From Turneriella sp. (GTDB lineage: Bacteria > Spirochaetota > Leptospiria > Turneriellales > Turneriellaceae): a stretch of 64,000 nucleotides of DNA. Positions 58,940-64,000 of this stretch are shown here, in pieces. Position numbers and translations under genes: made by a program. Position 1 is the first letter of the stretch. The number at the start of each line of letters is the position of its first letter. The notes below the pieces were generated by a model. The model was given only the letters and a program-made list of their open reading frames with translations. It ran no database searches and was not told the DNA's origin. Where the stretch lies: the NCBI GenBank assembly GCA_965279515.1, contig CBDIID010000003.1:2880001-2944000 (forward strand), read 5' to 3'.

Positions 58940-60250
58940 ATGAAAATTCCCGAGCTGTTGATGCCGGCCGGCAGCCTGCATAAGCTGCGTGTGGCGGTCG
59001 AATACGGTGCCGACGCGGTCTATTGCGGCGTGCCGCGCTATTCACTGCGGGCGCGGGAGAACGAATTCCGGCTGCACAACCTTGCCGATGCGGTTAGCTT
59101 CGTACGCAGCCGCGGCAAAAAGATCTATTTCACGGTGAATGCCATTCCCCGTAACTCGAAGATTCCCGGTTATCTCAAATACCTGAAGGCCATGGCCGCG
59201 CTGAACCCCGACGGGCTCATCATGGCCGACCCGGGTCTTATTCTGATCACGCGGGAAAATTTTCCCGATCTGCCCGTGCATATCTCGGTGCAGGCGAATA
59301 CCATGAACTATGCGGCTGTCGAATTCTGGCGGCGCATCGGCGCGAAGCGCATCATTCTCTCGCGCGAAGTTACCCTCGCGGAAATTCGTGAGATCCGTGA
59401 AAAATCGCCCGGTATCGAACTCGAAGTATTCGTGCACGGTTCGATCTGCATTGCGCATAGCGGGCGCTGCTTCATGAGCAACTATTTTGGCAACCGCGAT
59501 GCTAACCAGGGTGCCTGCAACAATGCCTGCCGCGAACCTTACCGCATCTATCTGCAGAATCCGCAAAAAGAAAACGCAGCGATGGAGCTGATCAGCGATG
59601 AAGAGGGCACCTTCCTGATGAATTCGAAAGATTTGCGCGCCATCGAATTTCTTGATGAACTTGCCGAAATCGGCGTCGACTCGATCAAGGTCGAGGGCCG
59701 CACGAAAAATGATTATTATGCGGCCATGATCTCGCGCATCTACCGCCGCGCACTGGATGATATCCGCGCTGGAAAAAAATTCGACCGCAGCCTCGTGGCA
59801 GAGCTCGACAAAGTCGCCTCGCGCAAATATTTTTCGGGATTCCTGACCCGGGGCCGCGAAGACCAGTTGCCAGCCGATGAGCTGGAATTCCAGAACACCG
59901 AAGGCGGCTCAGAGCGCTGGCGCACCCGTTTTTACGCCGGCTGCGTAAAACGGCAGGATGAAAATGGCATCTGCTGGTTCGATCTCAAAACCCGGCTTGA
60001 AAGCGGCGATACTCTCGAAATCTTTTTCCCCGGAGAATTCGTCTCGAAATTTGCACCGGTCGGTGAGATTATATGCCGCGGGGCGAAACACCCGTGCCTA
60101 AGCGGCGGTATCGGCGAGGTCGGCCTCTACCTGCCCTTCACGGTTCCTGAAAATGCCTTCGTCGCCCGGGTCGTGGGCGAAGGTGTCACTTCTTCGCCGT
60201 CTGTGCCAATGCTGTCGGATTTCCAAAGAGCTGCCGCAGTTTCTCCCTGA
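58940..60250 (+). CDS. U32 family protein (TrhP/YegQ-like tRNA hydroxylation)
   Basis: PELLMPAG, GADAVY, HGSICIAHSGRC, NQGAC..ACR, KVEGR. Confidence 0.88.
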   Translation: MKIPELLMPAGSLHKLRVAVEYGADAVYCGVPRYSLRARENEFRLHNLADAVSFVRSRGKKIYFTVNAIPRNSKIPGYLKYLKAMAALNPDGLIMADPGLILITRENFPDLPVHISVQANTMNYAAVEFWRRIGAKRIILSREVTLAEIREIREKSPGIELEVFVHGSICIAHSGRCFMSNYFGNRDANQGACNNACREPYRIYLQNPQKENAAMELISDEEGTFLMNSKDLRAIEFLDELAEIGVDSIKVEGRTKNDYYAAMISRIYRRALDDIRAGKKFDRSLVAELDKVASRKYFSGFLTRGREDQLPADELEFQNTEGGSERWRTRFYAGCVKRQDENGICWFDLKTRLESGDTLEIFFPGEFVSKFAPVGEIICRGAKHPCLSGGIGEVGLYLPFTVPENAFVARVVGEGVTSSPSVPMLSDFQRAAAVSP

Positions 60251-61037
60251 GGGTTGTGGCACGCGCCACATCGCGCAGAATCGCGGCGAATTCATGGAAC
60301 TGGATGACAACCCAGTTTGTCGTCGTGAGATTTTTCGTCAGGCCATAACGCACCTTTTCGCCCTCAGGCGTGAATGTGCCGAATATCCGGTCCCAAAAGA
60401 TGAAGATGCCGCCGTAATTGCGGTCGATGTACTGCGGGTTTGAACCGTGGTGCACGCGGTGGTGCGACGGGGTATTCAGGATGTATTCCAGCAGGCCGAG
60501 GCTGCGGATCGTTTCGGTATGCACCCAGTACTGGTAGATCAGATTGATGGACATCTGCAAAAGAATCATGTGCGGGTGAAATCCCACAAAGGCGATGGGC
60601 AGCCAGAACGGTGTCTCAATCAGCGGGGCCGTCCATGACTGGCGCAGCGCCGTCGCGAGATGGTAACGCTCGCTCGAGTGGTGCACGACATGCGTTGCCC
60701 ACAGAAAACGGATTTCATGGCTCAGGCGGTGCATCCAGTAAAAAGCAAAATCATCGGCGAGCACCAGCACGAGCCAAGTGAGCCACAGTGGCGTCATGCT
60801 GAACCATTTCGGGCCGGCATTGTAGCACAGCGTTAAGAGCCAGATGAATAAGACATTCCAGAAGAAGCGCACAACAAGACTGCCCACACCACCCGAGAGG
60901 CTCGCCGCGGTATCGGCGACGGCGTAGGCATGTTTCTGGCGCCAGAGCACAAAGTTCTCAATCCCCATGGTGATGAGATAGAAGGGGATCGCCAGAATTG
61001 TGGGTTCCTCTTTGATGTATTGGATTATTTGTTCCAT
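60186..61037 (-). CDS. Sterol desaturase family (alkylglycerol monooxygenase-like)
   Basis: HRLSH, HVVHHSS, ALRQSW, WVHTE, PSHHRVHH, NYGG. Confidence 0.88.
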   Translation of the reverse strand: MEQIIQYIKEEPTILAIPFYLITMGIENFVLWRQKHAYAVADTAASLSGGVGSLVVRFFWNVLFIWLLTLCYNAGPKWFSMTPLWLTWLVLVLADDFAFYWMHRLSHEIRFLWATHVVHHSSERYHLATALRQSWTAPLIETPFWLPIAFVGFHPHMILLQMSINLIYQYWVHTETIRSLGLLEYILNTPSHHRVHHGSNPQYIDRNYGGIFIFWDRIFGTFTPEGEKVRYGLTKNLTTTNWVVIQFHEFAAILRDVARATTLREKLRQLFGNPTALAQTAKK

Positions 61038-61639
61038 GTTTTTGCTCCTGGTTTATTCATCTGGGGCATCAGAATGCCCGAGAATTTTTTGAGTAAAGAT
61101 ATGACTTCGCGTTCGTTGGTATCGTCTTCGATGAGATGCCTTTCGACGGCGATACCCTGCATGAGATAGATGGTCGCCAGGGCCACGCTGCGCATTAGCC
61201 CACCTTCTTCGCCGGGGAAAATTTTCTCGAGCAGGCGGTCGGTATTCTGCCGGTGTTCCGTCACGATCGGCTGGATTGCCTGGCGAAGTTCGGCATCCGC
61301 CGACGCCTCGGCATAGAGGCGCGAGATGGCGACAAAATCTGTTGTGTGAAACCAATCCCAGAGATTCTGCACAACATGCTCGGGGTTGGGTGTGGTCTTT
61401 TCCGCGAACATATTTTCGAAATCGCACATCACCTGCTTGAAGAGGGGTTTAGTCGCGCCCACAACGGCGGCGGTCTTTGTGGGATAATAACGAAAGAGGG
61501 CTCCCTGCGAGAGCCCAGCCGCATCGGCGATGTCGCTCGTTGTCATGCGCGAGAAGCCTTTATTAACTATGACATCCACCGTAGCGGTATGGAGTTTATC
61601 GAGCGTATCAGCCCGGCGTTCTTCCTGCGTGCGCGCCAC
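61025..61639 (-). CDS. TetR/AcrR transcriptional regulator
   Basis: RTQEERR...IADAAGLSQGALFRYYPTK. Confidence 0.92.
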   Translation of the reverse strand: MARTQEERRADTLDKLHTATVDVIVNKGFSRMTTSDIADAAGLSQGALFRYYPTKTAAVVGATKPLFKQVMCDFENMFAEKTTPNPEHVVQNLWDWFHTTDFVAISRLYAEASADAELRQAIQPIVTEHRQNTDRLLEKIFPGEEGGLMRSVALATIYLMQGIAVERHLIEDDTNEREVISLLKKFSGILMPQMNKPGAKTWNK

Positions 61640-61664
61640 GAGGCATATTTTGACTTGTGAACAT

Positions 61665-61678
61665 AGTGACTAGTCACT
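61665..61678. promoter_or_regulatory. Perfect 14-bp palindrome, probable TetR operator
   Basis: AGTGACTAGTCACT about 25 bp upstream of the tetR start. Confidence 0.65.
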
Positions 61679-61698
61679 TTTTATTATGGGTTCATTAA

Positions 61699-62436
61699 CT
61701 ATTCCGTAGCGGGGGCCAGCTTATACAGGCGGTTCACGGTTGCCGTGATCTTGGGGCTCCAGCGGCGGATGCTCGCCTCGATTTCGTTATACGGCAGCCA
61801 TTTGTCCCGCGGCCGAAAATACAGCTCCGTCGATCGGCGGTCTGCGAATAGCTTGTAGTCAAATTTCGGATTTCCCCCGCAGAGATAGCCCATGTAATAA
61901 TAATCAAAACCCAGCCGGAGCGAATAATCGATCTCGGCGAGAAACAGGTATTTGCCTGGGCTGTCGTCACTGAATGCGGGGTCGTAAAAATGCAAAATGC
62001 CCGTACTGGTGCGCGCGCCGAGATCGAAATAACCGACGGCTATGAGACGCTCGCCGTCGCGCATCTCGATGAGGCGCGAATCAAACGCGTTCGTGGCGCC
62101 GTTATCCAGCAGGTAAGAGGCCACTGATTCCGACATGGCAAAATCGATGCTGGCACGATAGGTTCTGAAAAGATTCTCGATTTCATCGGTGATCGCGAAG
62201 GGTTTGATCGTCAATTGAAAGCGGGAGTTTTTTGCGGCAATGCGCCGCGCGCTGCGCGAGGGTTGGTAACGCTTGAGGTCGATTCTGAGCCAAAACACCG
62301 GAACGAGTTTCTCGTCATAGGTGATGAGATCGGTGGTGATAAAACTCTGCGTGATGCGGTACCAGCCGCGCGCGAGGCAGGCATCGAGCAGGCTGCCATC
62401 CATTCTTTCGGGGTAGGCTGTCTGGTAATAAATCAT
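61699..62436 (-). CDS. Arginyl-tRNA-protein transferase family (Ate/Bpt)
   Basis: LARGWYR, LIAVGYFD, FYDP, YYYMGY, YK. Confidence 0.8.
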   Translation of the reverse strand: MIYYQTAYPERMDGSLLDACLARGWYRITQSFITTDLITYDEKLVPVFWLRIDLKRYQPSRSARRIAAKNSRFQLTIKPFAITDEIENLFRTYRASIDFAMSESVASYLLDNGATNAFDSRLIEMRDGERLIAVGYFDLGARTSTGILHFYDPAFSDDSPGKYLFLAEIDYSLRLGFDYYYMGYLCGGNPKFDYKLFADRRSTELYFRPRDKWLPYNEIEASIRRWSPKITATVNRLYKLAPATE

Positions 62437-62451
62437 TGCCCTGCTTTCCGG

Positions 62452-63336
62452 TCACCGTTTCACAAGGCGCTTCCAGAATGTCTCGCCTGTTTCTGAAAAA
62501 ATAACCCCGGCAGTTACGGCGAGCGCGCCCCAGGCGGCGCGTTCATGGAAGGGCTCGAGAGAAAGCACCAGGGCGTAGAGCGTCGCAAATACGGGCTCCA
62601 GCGCGAAAATCACACCGGCACGCGCCGGCGTCGATTGCGGCTGGTAGCGCATCTGCATCATGACGACGACCACGGTTCCCGGCACAATGAGGTAAGCGAG
62701 CGCCATACCCAGGGTGGGATTTACCTCGAATCTAAATCCTTCGGCGAATGCCAGCGGCAACGACAGCACAGCGACGGTAAAACTCTGCACTGTGGACAGA
62801 GTCCCGCGCCGCGCCGGTGTGCTCCAGCGGTCGACGCCGATGATATAGAAGCTGAAGGCGATGGCGCAGCCGAGCGTCCATGCATCGCCGCGATTCAGGG
62901 CGAGAAACCCCGAGGGTGATGTCAGCAGGTAGAGGCCGGCGATGACGATGATGGCGCCGGTCGCCGTGGCCCACGAAGGCAGCTTGCGGTAGAAAAGAAA
63001 TGCCAGCACGGGCGTGAAGAGCACCAGCGTTTCGGTGAGAAAAGCAGAACGCGATGTTGTGGTATATTGCAGGCCGAGCGTCTGCAGACCGAAGCCGGCG
63101 AAAAATGTCAGACCGAGAATGCCGCCCTGCATGAGTGTCGCACGGTCGATATGCCTGAGCTGGGGAAAATAGATCAGCGCAAAGAGCAATCCGGCAGCGG
63201 CGAAGCGCACCGCGACCAGCAGCCAGGGTGACGCAAAGTCCAGTGCGAACTTCACAGACGCAAAGGTGCCGCCCCAGATGACCGTGCAGAGCACGAGCAT
63301 CAGTTCGGGAGATACCCGGAATTTCAAAGGCTGCAA
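62452..63336 (-). CDS. DMT/EamA transporter
   Basis: IWGGTF, GLQYTT, NRGD, ALEPVFA; start uncertain. Confidence 0.88.
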   Translation of the reverse strand: MQPLKFRVSPELMLVLCTVIWGGTFASVKFALDFASPWLLVAVRFAAAGLLFALIYFPQLRHIDRATLMQGGILGLTFFAGFGLQTLGLQYTTTSRSAFLTETLVLFTPVLAFLFYRKLPSWATATGAIIVIAGLYLLTSPSGFLALNRGDAWTLGCAIAFSFYIIGVDRWSTPARRGTLSTVQSFTVAVLSLPLAFAEGFRFEVNPTLGMALAYLIVPGTVVVVMMQMRYQPQSTPARAGVIFALEPVFATLYALVLSLEPFHERAAWGALAVTAGVIFSETGETFWKRLVKR

Positions 63337-63337
63337 G

Positions 63338-64000
63338 TCAGCCGACCGAGGTTTTGCTGAGTTCGACGCTGAGCAGCGTGCTGACACCCGGTTCGTTCAT
63401 GGTGACGCCGTAGAGCACGTCGGCCTTGCCCATGGTCTTCTTGTTATGCGTGATGAGGATGAATTGTGTATTCTTCGCAAATTCATCGAGCAGCGTGAGA
63501 AAGCGACCGACGTTCTGTTCGTCGAGCGGCGCATCGATCTCGTCGAGCACGCAGAACGGCGACGAGCGCACCATGTAGATCGCAAACATGAGTGCAATCG
63601 CGGTCATCGCCTTCTCGCCGCCCGACATCAGGCGCATCGATTTGGTTTTTTTGCCGGGCGGCGTCGCTTCGATTTCGATACCGCTGGTCAGTGCTTGCTC
63701 AGGGTCGAGTAGTTCGAGGCGGGCCTGGCCACCGTTGAAGAGTTTGCCGAAGATCTCGGCGAAGTTATGGTTGATCTGTTCGAATGATTCGCGGAACAGC
63801 GTTTCTGATTTTTGCTGAATTTCGAGCATCACCTTTTCGATGTCGGCGCGCGCCTTCATGATATCGTCGACCTGCGCCTGCTGGTGGTCATACATCTCTT
63901 TGACGTGGCGGTGCTGTTCGATGGCGAGCTGGTTGATTTGCCCCAGTGCCGAAATCGCGCGTTGCAGGTCAGTCAGTTTGTCTTTCTCGTCGGCAAGTTG
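63338..64000 (-). CDS. smc: Chromosome segregation protein SMC, C-terminal part (truncated by window)
   Basis: LGQINQLAIE, PPGKK, MSGGEK, LDEIDAPLD, FILITH. Confidence 0.95.
   Translation of the reverse strand, partial: QLADEKDKLTDLQRAISALGQINQLAIEQHRHVKEMYDHQQAQVDDIMKARADIEKVMLEIQQKSETLFRESFEQINHNFAEIFGKLFNGGQARLELLDPEQALTSGIEIEATPPGKKTKSMRLMSGGEKAMTAIALMFAIYMVRSSPFCVLDEIDAPLDEQNVGRFLTLLDEFAKNTQFILITHNKKTMGKADVLYGVTMNEPGVSTLLSVELSKTSVG

Noticed and set aside
60186..60250. Convergent 3' overlaps (also 33732-33783 and 56596-56625)
   Set aside because: Short tail overlaps are common in compact genomes; no evidence of function

Overview
Bacterial chromosomal window, most likely from a Leptospiraceae spirochaete such as Turneriella. 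This is inferred from gene content (spirochaete-type lipoproteins, SH3 and SpoIIE-type proteins, Leptospira-like intergenic repeats) and is not confirmed. Most of the window is housekeeping and lipid/envelope metabolism: sucC, rpsU-dnaG, CCA-adding enzyme, dcd, mrp, ribD, cheW, rplM-rpsI, a sigma54 activator, mlaA/mlaC, zapA, FKBP, trhP-like U32 and the smc 3' end. Two AT-richer accessory regions stand out. (1) At ~0.5-7.6 kb, unrelated genes (membrane protein, SIR2-like protein, 21-aa repeat protein, beta-barrel, SH3 protein, GNAT, BrnT/BrnA) are separated by a family of degenerate, mosaic, imperfectly palindromic elements with attC-like geometry, consistent with a decayed gene-cassette array. 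(2) At ~46-52.7 kb lie an integron-integrase-like tyrosine recombinase that lacks the IntI-specific insertion, a further attC-like element directly before a lipoprotein gene, and a three-gene candidate defence module (C5 methyltransferase + ParB/Srx-like protein + Mrr-like PD-(D/E)XK protein). A eukaryote-like sphingolipid desaturase/2-hydroxylase gene pair, a signal peptidase lacking its catalytic Lys, REP-like repeats and several small unannotated ORFs were also seen. No rRNA, tRNA or CRISPR array was recognised. All family calls come from motif recognition by eye, not database searches.
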